Positions 49,768-61,907 of a stretch of DNA of 64,000 nt are shown here, in pieces. Each line of letters begins with the position of its first letter. The stretch's first letter is position 1. Source of the DNA: Felis catus (lineage: Eukaryota); contig NC_058368.1 of the NCBI RefSeq assembly GCF_018350175.1, forward strand, positions 195,178,001-195,242,000, given 5' to 3'. Both the position numbers and the translations under genes were made by a program. The notes beneath the pieces were generated by a model. It had not been told where the DNA came from and ran no database searches. It saw only the letters and a program-made list of their open reading frames with translations.

Positions 49768-51083
49768 CCCCCCCCCCCCCCCACCCGGGGAATGGGTAGG
49801 CAGGCCAGGGAACTGTTAGACACACAGGTGATCTGAGTTTTAATCCTGCCTCGGCTACAGTCTCGCTGTGTGAATTGAGTAACCTCTCTGAGTCTCATTT
49901 ACCTCGTGTACAAAATGAGGATAATTCTAGGGCTACTGTGAGCAAGTTTAAAAGTGACAATGCATGCCCAGTGCTTAGGGTGGGGCCTCACCACAGAGTA
50001 AATGTTCAGTAAACATCAGCTGGGACCGGTGTCTGTGCCTCTGTAAACATTTCCTACGCCCCACACTTCACCACCCAAGGGGGATCGTTTGATAGTGGCT
50101 CAGTGGAGGGTTAGCTGCTAAGGCAGGAGAGCAGGGACCAGTCCCCATTCCCAGATGGACGAGTGGAGGTCCCATAAATGAGGGCATTTTCTCAGGGGCT
50201 CCACTGGGACCCATGCTTGGCCCTCTGACAGGTTACCAAAGACTCTTGACACCAAGGAGTGGGGACTCATCTTCCCCACAGGGTCTGCAGGTGAGGGCCC
50301 ATGAGCGGGGTGCCCTGTGGGTTGTCTCAGGCACCAAAGGCACTTCTTCTTAACTGAGCCTCCTCTACAGCCTGGTGATCACCTTCTCCAATTTCTATGT
50401 GAAGACACTGAAACTCAGTCCGGTTCAGTAGTTTACGTCACACAGCCAGCAATGGGCCCAGGCAGGACTCAAAAGCGGGCTGCCTCAGGCCAGAGCCTGA
50501 GCCCGTGACCGCCAGGTTATGTGGCCCTGACAACAGCCTCCCCACCCCTGGGGTCCCGAGTTAGAGGTAGACCTGGCTGGGAGCGGCCATAGGGGGCTGA
50601 CAGTAACACACACAAGGCACCACGAGAAGCTTCTATCCCAGCAGCATCTCAGAACCAGCTAAGGGGAACGGGACTCACGTCGCCGGCGGCTACAGGGCCT
50701 GCTATTTCCTGGGAAGGTAGCTCGTTGTGTCCTGGACAGAGAGGGGGGCAATGCCGCATGGCCTCCCTACCCAGATCACATAGGATGGGGCCCAGAGAGG
50801 CCACCCCCGCATGTCAGCGGCAGAACGAAAAAGGTCGAAGTTCACGTTGTTGTGGTGTGTTCACCGCATTCTCCACCTCCTGTCTTCGCTGCCACCTCAC
50901 ACCCACCCCACTGCCCCCCTCAGCCTCTGAATGACATCGCATCTATTAGCTCTCTGCACCTGTTATGGGGAAAAAGGGTGACAGGAATAGAAGTTATTCT
51001 TACTATTTTGAGGCTGTTTAAGCTGCTGTTGGAGCTTTGCGACGGACCATTGTGAGGAGAGAAGGGATGTCACAAAAACCCAC

Positions 51084-51085
<2 letters not shown>

Positions 51086-51129
<44 letters not shown>
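51086..51129. repeat. (GT)22 microsatellite
   Basis: Perfect dinucleotide run. Confidence 0.97.
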
Positions 51130-51135
<6 letters not shown>

Positions 51136-51897
51136 TTCCGTGTGAAGTGTGCTTTGGCAAGGAGCTCCCAAGACACAGGTAGGGATCAGTACACATACAG
51201 AGAATAACTGCTTCGTTCCGCACGTGCTTTTTGAACACCTAATGTATGGTAAAAGCATTAGTGTACTTTTACAATGGTAATAATTAGTAATAGTAATAAC
51301 ATTAGCTCTTTTCGGGTGCCTGGCACTGTGCTATATGTTTTCCATGCAGAAGCCCATTAAATCCTCCATGAGGTTAGCACTGCTATGTCTCCATGTCACC
51401 AATGGGGAAACTGAGGCTCAGACGGACAAAGCCATGACCCTCAGTGCAAGCCGAGGCAGGATTGAGGCCGGGTCTGACCCCAAGGCCTGGCTCCTTCCCC
51501 CTGTGGCCTCCTCCTGGCTGGTGAGTAGGAGGACGGTGACTTTGTGGGTTCCCAAGGAACCTCCAAGCTGGGAGGAAAGCTGGGTTGAGGGGAGCAACTT
51601 GGGCAGGGACGCTGGGTTCTAGTTCCAGGTGCACCACCACCGTCACACGTGATTTAATACAATGCGTTCCCTGCTCTGGTCATAGTTGTCCCATCTTTAT
51701 AAATAGATGAGACTCCTCATAGGTTTCAGGCCGTGCCCTGAGGCGGCTTGGGAATTTCACAGACATTCCTGAGAAGGTAGAGGCGGCAACAAATGGGAGA
51801 CGGGGCCCTATACCCCCAAGTCACAGATATCACAGCGCCAGCTCTGTTTAATCCATTTCACATAATAATAATGATGGTTTTAAAATAACAACAGCTA

Positions 51898-52116
51898 GGG
51901 GCCCCTGGGTGGCTCAGTCAGTTAAGTGTCTGACTTTGGCTCAGGTCATGATCTCACAGTTCATGGGTTCAAGCCCCGTGTCAGGCTGGGTGCCGACAGC
52001 TCGGAGCCCGGAGCCTGCTTCAGATTCTGTGTCTCCCTCTCTCTCTGCCCCTCCCCTGCTCGTGCCCTGTCTCTCAAAAATGAATAAACATTAAAATGTT
52101 TTTTAAATAAAAAACA
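51898..52116 (+). mobile_element. SINEC-type SINE
   Basis: TSD TAAAATAACAACAGCTA at 51881-51897 and 52117-52133. Confidence 0.93.
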
Positions 52117-53884
52117 TAAAATAACAACAGCTAAGCATTTATTTAGTGATTGCCGGGTGCCATGCACTGTGTTAAACGTTTAATAGGAACGATGTAGTTA
52201 GTCAAACCTTCAGAACAACCATCTGAGGTAGGTTCACTTAGTATCTCTCTTTTGAAGATGAGGAAAAACAGAGTCACAGAGGTGAAGTTAGTTCTCCAAA
52301 GGTCACCCAATTTGGAACTTGGTGTCTCTACGTCTGAAAACTCACCCTTTTGCAAAGGATCCCTTTGGATCAGAGTTGCAGAAGCACCCGCTAGACAAGG
52401 CTACGTAGCAGGGATGTTCTGGTCTCTGCAATTTGTTCTACTCTCTGAAAGAAACTTTTCAGTCCTCTAGGAGAGTATCTCCTGACTTCAGAATACAACC
52501 TTCCTCGCTCCCAGAGAGCCACCCTGAACCCAGACCTTCAGCACAGCCCTTCTCCCCTGCTTCTCCCATACAGGGACCTCCTAGTACCTTCCCGCCCAGG
52601 AGGAAGAATCAAAGGTTCCCAGGGGCCTTCCCACAAGGCTGAGTTCACACTTGTGTCCTGATCTGTCCCAAGGCACAGATGTAGAACCCAGAGGGGATGC
52701 TCTGTTCCTCTGCTTGTCTCCCAAGCTTCTAACTGATAACTATCATTCCATGCCCTACTGAACTGGAGCGAGTTTTCACCTTACAAACCACTCTGGCCAG
52801 AGGGCCCCACAAGAAGTGGGGCAGGGCGCCTTCCCTCCTTTCTCTACCCCCGAGCCCACTGATCCTGGGGACACTTCAGGCTTAAGGAGATTTCAGCCCC
52901 ACATGGAAAGCCTACAGATCCATGTAAGACGAAGAGGCCTCTTGCGCCCTCTGGGCCTCACCGAGTGTCGGGGTCTGCAAGCTAGAATGCCTGCAGCCAG
53001 CGGGGAACAGCACCGAGGGGTGAAACAGGGCCCTCCTGGACTCCCTTGTCCTCACAGTTTGGATGGAGATGTGGGCACGAATGGGTTTCTCTTCCATTAG
53101 GAAGCTGACCTTGGTGATGAACTGTGGCTGAAACAGCCTCGGTGTCTGGGAGGCTGGGGGTGGCGGGGGTGGGGCGATGACTCTGGAGAGGGTATGTGCC
53201 CTCTAGTCAGCCTGCATGACCGCCTTGCTCCTGCCTTGGGGCCTTTGCACTGCCTGTGTTTTCTGCCTGAAGCTCCTTCTCAAGAAGGCCTTGTGGCCCT
53301 CCCCCTGCTCAAATGTCACCTTGTCATGGACGGCTCCCCTGACCACCCGAACCTGTCATCTCTTTCTCTCTGCTACTAGAATAGAACCCCCACAAGAGCA
53401 AGGACCTCCTCTGTCTTGTCTTGAATGCCCTCATAGGACAGGACCTCTGTAAATAAGCATTGAATGAGTGGCTTGGGCAGAAGAGACCCAATAACAAAAC
53501 ACTTTCTCATCCTTCCCCACTCTGTCCCTTTTCTTCCTTAGAACCCAGGTGCCTGGAAGCCCTTTGTTTCCTTCAAATATCCATCTCCCCTGGGTCACCT
53601 TATGACTTTCAAGGGTCTTAGGCATTAAATTAGAAATTGTATCTTATGGCAATATTTGTATAAAGATAAATATGTTTTTAGAAATGGTAACATTTTCTTC
53701 AGCCTAAAAGTTTGCTTGCTTTCTTCTGGATTTAATAGAAATTAAAACATTTTCATGGGTCCCTAAAAGTACCGCGGGCCCTGGGTGTGCCCACTGTGCC
53801 TACCAGATAGGGGGGCCCTGCCTCCTCCTCTGAGCCCCACGCACCCTCGGTTCCTGGCTCCCGCACCATGCTCTCTGGAGCTAA

Positions 53885-54080
53885 GCCAGCCAATACGGGA
53901 GCCCCTGGGCACATGTGGCTATTTAAATTTAAACTAAATAAAATTACAAACTCAGTTCCTCAGTTGTACCAGCCACATGTCAAAGGCTTGATAGCCACAC
54001 GGGCCTAGTGGCTCCCATACTGGACATCTCAGATACAGAACATTCCCATCCTTGTAGAAAGTTCCGCTGGAGAGTGTTGC
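53885..54080. mobile_element. MER3-like hAT-Charlie MITE
   Basis: CACATGTGGCTATTTAAATTTAAA...CTCAGTTCCTCAGTTGTACCAGCCACAT...GATACAGAACATTCCCATC. Confidence 0.75.
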
Positions 54081-55678
54081 TCTAGAGAATTAGCTGCAGC
54101 TACATCAGCCCTCTCCGAGTCTCTCTTTTTAGAATGTGGATTCCAATCCTTGGCTGGCACTAAAGTCCACCACCTATTAGGTGGATGAACTTGGGCGGAG
54201 CTTTCCCATTATCTGGCCCTCAGTTTCTCATTTAGAAAACAAGGGTCATAATAACTGTCAGAAGAGTGGTGATCTCCGTACAATGATTAACTCGTACTGA
54301 GTGGATTCCAGAGCTGGGCATCTGCCATATGTTGACTCATTCAGCCTTCTCAACAACTCCACAAGATAGGTACTTATCCCATATCCCTTGTACTGGGACC
54401 AGAGAGGCGATGTAACTGCCCAAGGCCACACAGCTGGTGAGTAGTAGAGCTGGGATTTGAAACCTGGTCTATCTGACTCCAGAGCCCACTTTCTTAACTA
54501 TTAATTCTATCCAGTACTGCACCCCTTCCCTCAAAACCACGTGAGATAACGCATGCAGGTTTTTTTTTAAACTTATGGATTACACATAGACATGAGTATT
54601 TGTCATCAATAATAATATCAGAATAGTAATAAAGAAGGGGCACCCCCGTCCCAGCTCCCTTCCATCCATGTCGTAGGTGAGGACTTCCTTTTCCCGTCCT
54701 CTTTGCCTTCTAATTTCAGGCTTGGGCAGGCCTGGCCTTTTACAGCTCTCCTAAAAGCCGCTTGGTCCACTGGTGGTTTGGGCTGCCCTTTACCAAGCCA
54801 TTATGGGTCCTAATAAGGTGTTACTCTGCGTCCTTCCTCCCTGTGCTTTCACCTCTCATATTATCTGTCTCCCCTGCAGCCCTGGGAAGTAGGTAGGAGT
54901 AGCTATTATTATCTGCATTTTACAGACAGGTAAATTGAGGCTCAGAAGAGGTTCTGTGGCCTTCCCAAGGTCACACAACCCATCAAGGGCCCAAGACACC
55001 GGCTCCTTTCCTGCTGGCGTCCAGTTCTTTGACTTGTTCTGTTACACGAGAAGCCGGCAGTGGCTGACTACAAACTAGCAAATGACTCAAGGGTTCATCC
55101 AAGTTTCTGAGAAATAAATCAAGCTTCTCTACCCACAGGGAGTTCCAGTTGGCTCACCTTAACGGAGCCAGTGTTCAAGCCCAGTCCACACCAGAGTGGG
55201 AGTCTTGAACGGAAAAATCTCCCTTTTGATCTGATATGAGATTACTCTTCTCAGCATGTAGTTCTCTTCCGGTCCTGCCTCTTCTCAAAAGCCTTCGATG
55301 GCTCCCTCCTACTAAGAGAAAAAAATAACTTCAGCAGCTAAAGACTTCATGACTAGCAGGCATCTGGAATATCCATATTCTTTCACTTATGATTTTAATT
55401 CTGATTCAAAGGCACAATCCCTCTGTCCCTCCCCACATTTAAGCTATTGTCACAAATAGAACGTACTTGGAGAGTTCTTTCTTAAGAGCCACAAGGGCCA
55501 GTCCTAACACTGATGCCTGAGGCAGACACAGTGGAGGGGAGGGGAATGGGGTCAGAAAATACTTCCCAAGGGCACCCAAATCCATGGTAATTTTATATTT
55601 GGATTCTGGAGGGAGTGTGGACATTCTCCAATCCAGAGGAATGAATCCAGTGACTCTTTCTTTCAAGAAAGGCTCTCC

Positions 55679-55943
55679 GGGGCGCCTGGGTGGCTCAGTC
55701 GGTTGAGCGACCGACTTCGGCTCAGGTCATGATCTCACAGTCTGTGAGTTCGAGCCCCACGTCCAGCTCTGTGCTGACAGCTCAGAGCCTGGAGCCTGTT
55801 TCGGATTCTGTGTCTCCCTCTCTCTCTGCCCCTCCCCTGCTCATGTTCTGTCTCTCTCTGTCTCAGAAATAAATAAACATTTAAAAAATATATACATATT
55901 AAAAAATATATATATATACACACACACACATATATATATATAT
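55679..55943 (+). mobile_element. SINEC_Fc-type SINE with (TA)n(CA)n tail
   Basis: TSD GAAAGGCTCTCC at 55667-55678 and 55944-55955. Confidence 0.94.
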
Positions 55944-56445
55944 GAAAGGCTCTCCAAACTTTAAACATCTTATCTCCTTGCTTCTTCCTGGAGCCTAGGA
56001 AATTCTGAGTAGTCAGGTTTAGGAAGTCTGGCTGTCTATTTTCAGTTCAGCCACCACCTTTCTGGGTGGCCTTGGGTGTGCTGTGCAAATCTCAGTTTCC
56101 TGTATCCGAGAAGCGGGAGTGAAAGGGTAGATGTGTTTCTTAGGAGTGTTATGTGGGCCACTGGTGAACATCTGGGACATGTCTAAGAGAAGAGAAGGCG
56201 TTGGGCCACGAGGGAGGATGTCATCACTGGTCCATTGTCAGAAACAAAGCCTGACAGTTTGAAGAAATTTGGTAAAAGCTTCTTTAGTGAGTGGTTTGGC
56301 TATGAATTCCTCCGAGTACATCTGCTTCCCCAAAGAGGGAACAGAATTAGTCACAGAGTCATAGGCTTCTAGAACTAAAGACTAGAGTCACTGCACATCG
56401 ACCATTACAAATATTGATCATAGTGCATCAGAGTCAGCACAACCA

Positions 56446-56680
56446 GGGGTGCCTGGGTGGCTCGGTCGGTGAAGCATCCGACTTCAGCTCGGGTCATTAT
56501 CTCACGGTTCGCGGGTTCGAGCCCCGCATCGGGCTCTGTGTTGACAGCTCAGATCCTGGAGCCTGCTTCAGATTCTGTGTCTCCCTCTCTCTCTGCCCCT
56601 TCCCCCGTTTGCACTTCTCTCTCTCTCTCTCAAAAATAAGTGAACATTAAAAAAACTTTTTAAAAAAACAATTAAAAAAA
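56446..56680 (+). mobile_element. SINEC-type SINE
   Basis: Head GGGGTGCCTGGGTGGCTC, B-box, A tail. Confidence 0.92.
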
Positions 56681-58414
56681 GAACCATAGCACCTCCAGCT
56701 ATGTGTCTTAGGACATTTTATGACAGGACAATAGCAGAGTCCAGCTTGTCAGATCTGGAGGGGCTCCTAGAGGCCATCTATCCAGTTTTTCAAGCCTGTG
56801 CTCCCCAGGGGGGTGAGGGACAAACCTGTGGGCAGGTTCTAGCCCTCCATCCCCACTCTTAACAGTGCAGCTCTGCTTTTCTCTGTTTCCAGGTAGGTTT
56901 CCAGGTACAATTTCATTAGGAAAAAGGAGATTCCACCCCTGAAAGCCATAGAGGGGGTTGAAATCATGGATCCATTCCAGCCCTTCACCCAACACACAGC
57001 ACATCATTTACAGAGGAAGAAAGAGGTCCACAGGGCTCAGGTGACTGACTTGACCAAGGACACACAGGGAAGAAATGACTTTAGATCCAGGTCTCCCAAG
57101 AACCAGGTTGATTTGCTACACGGACCACTGAGCAAGCATCGGCGAGGGTGCAAGCCTCAGCCACAGCCAGAGGAAATCCCTTCACTGCCTTTGCGGGCTC
57201 ATTTAGGGTCTAATGGAGACCACAGGCCCGTCCAGGCCAAAGAATCATACCTGTAAGAGTTGGAAGGGACTTTCGAGCTTTTCTCGTCTCCCCTGAGGGC
57301 ATATATCCCTCTAGCATAGCACATCTTTCACACGTGGCCACCCAGACTCTGCCTGGACTCCCCAGTGACAGGGAGCTCTGGATTCTGAGACGACTCATTC
57401 CGGAATTGCACTCGAGGTCACTAACCAAAAAACTGAGGAAAGATCTCAGAGCACCGTTCCTCCCATTTGTGCTTAGACTTTCACCAGTGATTTGGATAAA
57501 GACACGGATGTCACAACCACCAAGTTTCTGAATGCTAGAATCCAGATTCTCAGAAGCCGCAGCAGTGAGCTAAAGCACAGGGTGAAATGCATCGTAGTCT
57601 CATTAAAGCCCTACAGCATTTAGTTGGAGAAAGTCAGCCTGTGCAAGAACAGATTGGGGATGGTACGATAATGCATCTGAGAGTTTTCATTACCTATAAA
57701 CTCAGCCGTCAATAGTATGAGCTGGCTGCTAAAAGTCATAGTACTGGGTAATATTTGTTGAAACTGCCACATACTGTATTCAGTATTTATGCACATTAAC
57801 TAAGTCCATTCTCAACATGACATTACGAAGTAGAGAAATGAAAATCAGAGAAGGTAAGCCACCTGCCCAAGGTCACACAGCCAGAAACTGTGTGTTGGAA
57901 ACCACTTTCTGCCGCTTTCCCCACCTATGAAATGGGGCTGGGCGTTACAAGGAGGAAGATTTGATTCAGACACATATCCTAAAAGGGTCCATTCGTGAAC
58001 CCCACACCTGCACTTGTTCACACCTGTGCACACACAAGCCCCTAGCTACCAATTTATTTGCTCCTATCACATTCATTCTGTCAAGCAGGCACATACAATC
58101 AATGCGCCCATACAGCTATTCAAAAAGTGCCTCCTAAGTATGTATGCGTGTTCTCTTGCAAATGTGCACATTCACCCACATGCAGATTTTTCTCTGAGTC
58201 TGGGGAGCCAAGAACGAGAGGCCCCACCCCAGACAAGCGCCTGCTCGCAGCTTACCAGAATAGCCTGTGGCTGGGCCAGCAAGCTTAGACTCGACCAGAG
58301 ACCCGTGGCTTCCTGCTCCGTTGGGGCACAGGCTGGACCTTCTCCAGGGGATTCAGTGGACCCCACCCTCACCCCGACCTCAGGCTTTGATTCTGCCTTG
58401 GCTTTGAAAACTAG

Positions 58415-58650
58415 TAATAACTAATATTTATTGAGTGCTTTTCTATGGGCCAGGCACTGTGCTAAGTACAACAACGTGCATGGTCTTATTTCTTTAGTCT
58501 TTATAAAAACCCCAGGAAAGCAGTTCTCTTAACAGCCCCATCTTCTAGATGAGAAAACAGAGGTTTGGGGAGGTTAGCTTACCCAGGGTTATGTAGTTAG
58601 CATGCAGCGGAGCTTGAACTTGAACCCAAACCGTCAGATTCACAGGTAGC
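58415..58650 (-). mobile_element. MIR SINE
   Basis: TATTTATTGAGTGCTT...CCAGGCACTGTGCTAAG...AGATGAGAAAACAGAGG...TTGAACCCA. Confidence 0.7.
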
Positions 58651-58869
58651 CATGGTTCCTCTTTCTGGCAAGGTGGTTGAGAGGAAAGAACCTGACTCTG
58701 GTCCTTACCGTCCTTACCCTGTGACTTTGGGCAAGTCCCTTTCTTTTGGGGGGACTTCATTTTACAGCTTCAGAAAGGAAGATATCATCACTAAAGGTGC
58801 TTTCAGCTGTCACTCTGTCATTGCTTTTCCTAAGTCCGGATCCTACCATTTTTCAACTATTGAGTAGGG

Positions 58870-59410
58870 TTACGTACCTGGCAGTTATGTACCAGGCACT
58901 GAGAATTCATGCATGAATAAGATACACAAAGCCCCTGTCTTCATGGAGCCCGGTGGCTAGTGTAGGAGACAGTCATTAAACAAATGAGCAAGAACATATT
59001 GCGTAGTAATAAGTGCCATGAAGAAATTGGGGGGGGGGGTGTGATAAAGAAGGGTGCTAAGAAGGAGGCTACATCAAACTGGGACTTGGGATGAGGGATG
59101 GGTTGGGCTGAGCCAAGAAGAAAGATAACAAGAAGAAGCCAGCCATGTGAGAATCTTCAGTAAAGGGGAATAGCAAGTGCAAAGGCCCTGAGGCAGACTC
59201 TAGTTTGGTATGTTTGTGGAGGAGAAAGGAGGCCCATGTGGTTGCAGCTTGGTGAAAAATGAGTGCTGGGAGGTATCACTGGAAAAGCAGGCAGGGTCCA
59301 CACGGTGTGGGGCCTTGTGGGTCATAGCGAGGAGTTTAGATTTTAATCTGAATGCTATGGGAAGCCACTGGAAAATTTTAAGGAGGGAAGTGATATGAAT
59401 TGACTTGTGT
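58870..59410 (-). mobile_element. LINE-2 fragment
   Basis: CCCTGTCTTCATGGAGC...GCAAGTGCAAAGGCCCTGAGGCAG...ATGGGAAGCCACTGGAAAATTTTAAG. Confidence 0.7.
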
Positions 59411-61612
59411 TTTCACAAGATATTTCGAAATAGTGGTCCTAGGTGCTGTGGGCTGGGAGGGCAGCCCAGGGAGCCCAACGTGCCTGTGCACCCCGCAAGC
59501 CCGCTCACTTGCCCAGGAATAGTGCCAGGAAGCAAGTGTCCAGACACATTTGCTGAGGTCCTTCCTCAGCAAACCGCACACCAGGTCTGTGGGTCCTATA
59601 ACTTGAACACAGCCCTGGGCCCCCCCACCCCCCACCCAAGGGTGCATGTTCTTTGTGCCTTATCTCTTCCAGGGAGACCCTGCCCCTGCTCCCTTCCCTA
59701 AGCTCATCTCTGCAAGACGCCTGCAGAGCTGCTGAGCAGCATGTCTTGTTGGGGCCTGCCCTCCACGGGTGCTGACCTGGTGAACAGGAAGCGTCCCGCA
59801 AAACAGGGCAGGCCGAGCCGGGAGGCTGGGTGCACCCTGGGCTCGCTGGGCTGCAGAGGGAGCGGACCTGGGACTGGGGTAAGGACTCCCTTTCCCTTGG
59901 GGCTCCAAAGCAACGCCACCCTGGGGGCTTGGGGCCCACATGACTCAGGGGTCCCTCTCCTCTTGCTGTGCTGTGAGTGGAATGGGGTGAATATGGCTTT
60001 TGCCCGGGGCCAGCTCTACTGTGGGTGCAGGGGATGCCAGGGGGAAGAGTAGAGGGGCAGGAAGGATGGGAATAGACACCCCAAGTGTAGAAATCTGCCT
60101 CCATTCCCGCCCCTCTCCTCTGAGGAGCTGGGCCTGGGGTGCCACCAACAGGATTTCAGGGGAAGGATGGTGGGTGGTAGGGAGGCTGCAAGGACGGGGC
60201 ATATTCAAATTCTTTTCTGTCACAGGCTTGCGGATCCCAGGTTAGGCAGACTTTTCCACCCTCCCTCCCATGTTGGGATGCTACCTGCCAGGTCTTAAAG
60301 GGAGCTCCATTCAGCTCCCTCAGGACTCTGGAAAGGCATGGATGCAAGCCTCTCCTTTCCCCTCTTGCCCCCCGGAGTTTAACTCTTCCTTGTCTTTGAA
60401 GAGCAAGGCAACTGGAAAAACGAGTCTTGCCTGTTTCCTCCAGGAATGCTCTGCACATCTGGCTGGCAGCCAAGAAGCTCCTGGGAGTCAAGACTCTCAC
60501 GGGCAGGCAGGCCCGGCACCAGCCTGCTGTGTCCAGCCTCGCCCTTTGCTTCTGGAAGGCACTTTGGCAACGAACCTCTGCCTTCCCTTACTCCCCTTCC
60601 CCCTTCTCCCTCTCCTTAATCCTGATGAGTCTCCACTTTGAACTCAGGCTGGAGTTCAGGGACAAGCCGTGTGGGAAACGGCACAGGACACAATGGGAAA
60701 CGCGGCAGGTCTTAGAGGGGCGAAGCACTCGTTCGTGGTCAGTTCAACAATTATTAGGGACTAGTTCTTTCCAGGCCCCCCACTATGTGAAAGGGGGCAA
60801 GACATGTCCCCCCTCCGGGGTTCTTCTTCCCCATCTATGCACGAGGAGTGGGGTCAGAACTCTGTGTCTCAAAGCCCCATTATAGCTCTGACATTCCAGG
60901 GGTTTGGGAGTTACAAGATGAGTCAGAATCGGTCTCTGTCCAAAGGGACTAGCAGTGGGACAGGGGCAGGTGAGTCTGGGGTGGAAGAAGCAGTCCTGGC
61001 CTTTAATGCAAGGAGCCCCAGGTCAAATTCTTGCTTTGCCTCTATCTAGTCATAAGGCCCTGGGTGGCTCCCTTGCCTTGATGAAACGGAGTTGCCTATT
61101 ACCGATAATAGCCAATATTATGTTACAATTTCTATGTCCCCGGCACCCCCGCTGGGTCATTTACCTTGGTTGTTTCACTTAATTTTCACACCAATCCAAT
61201 GAGGTAGATAATATCCTTACCCCCATTCTACAGAAGAGGAAACCGAGGCTCACAGAGGTCAAATAACCCGAGCAGAAAATCACCCAGCTGGGAAGCAGTG
61301 GAACCAGGGCTGATGGCCAACCAACCGGAGGCCAGGCTTGTGATCTCGGTCACTTTGTTTTTTTCTGCAGCCCCTGCACATGCAGACGCAACTCACTTTG
61401 GCTGGAGCTCCACCTTGATGGACGGGGCCTTGTAGGAAGTACTTAGAGACAGATTGCTAAACTTGGGTACCTGGCTGAAATTATCCCACCATCACTGGGG
61501 AGCCATTGAAGGTTCTTTGGGAAAAGGAGTCAAGTGGTCAGGACTACGTTGTATCTTCTAGTTGCCCCTGAGAAAGCATTTAAATTAGTCTGTTAGTGTT
61601 TAGATACACTAA

Positions 61613-61828
61613 CAGGTATCTCAACCTGAGCACTATTGACATTTGGGGCTGGATCATTAGTTGTTGTTGGGGGGCTGTCCTGTGTGTTGCAGGGTGTTTA
61701 GAAGCACCCCAGCCTCGATCCACAGATGCCAGTAGCATCCTCCCCAACAAGCTGGGATGGCTGACGGTGTCTTCAGACATTGCCAAGTGTCCCTTGTGGG
61801 GCAAAATCATCCCAGCTAAGAACCATCG
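61613..61828 (-). mobile_element. MER20 hAT-Charlie MITE
   Basis: CTCAACCTGAGCACTATTGACATTTGGGGCTGGAT...GATGCCAGTAGCA...CAGACATTGCCAAGTGTCCC...GGGGCAAAATC...AAGAACCA matches the reverse complement of the MER20 consensus as I recall it. Confidence 0.85.
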
Positions 61829-61846
61829 CAGTAGGAACCATTTCTT

Positions 61847-61907
61847 TACTAACTCATACTTTTTTTTTTTTTTTTTTTGTGCGTAGGGCTTCAGGAGTTT
61901 TTCCATC
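61847..61907 (+). other. FAT2: 3' splice site of the FAT2 first coding exon (branch point, polypyrimidine tract, AG) plus 21 nt of 5'UTR
   Basis: TACTAAC at 61847-61853, T-run 61860-61878, TAG|G at 61884-61887, then GGCTTCAGGAGTTTTTCCATC before the ATG. Confidence 0.88.
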
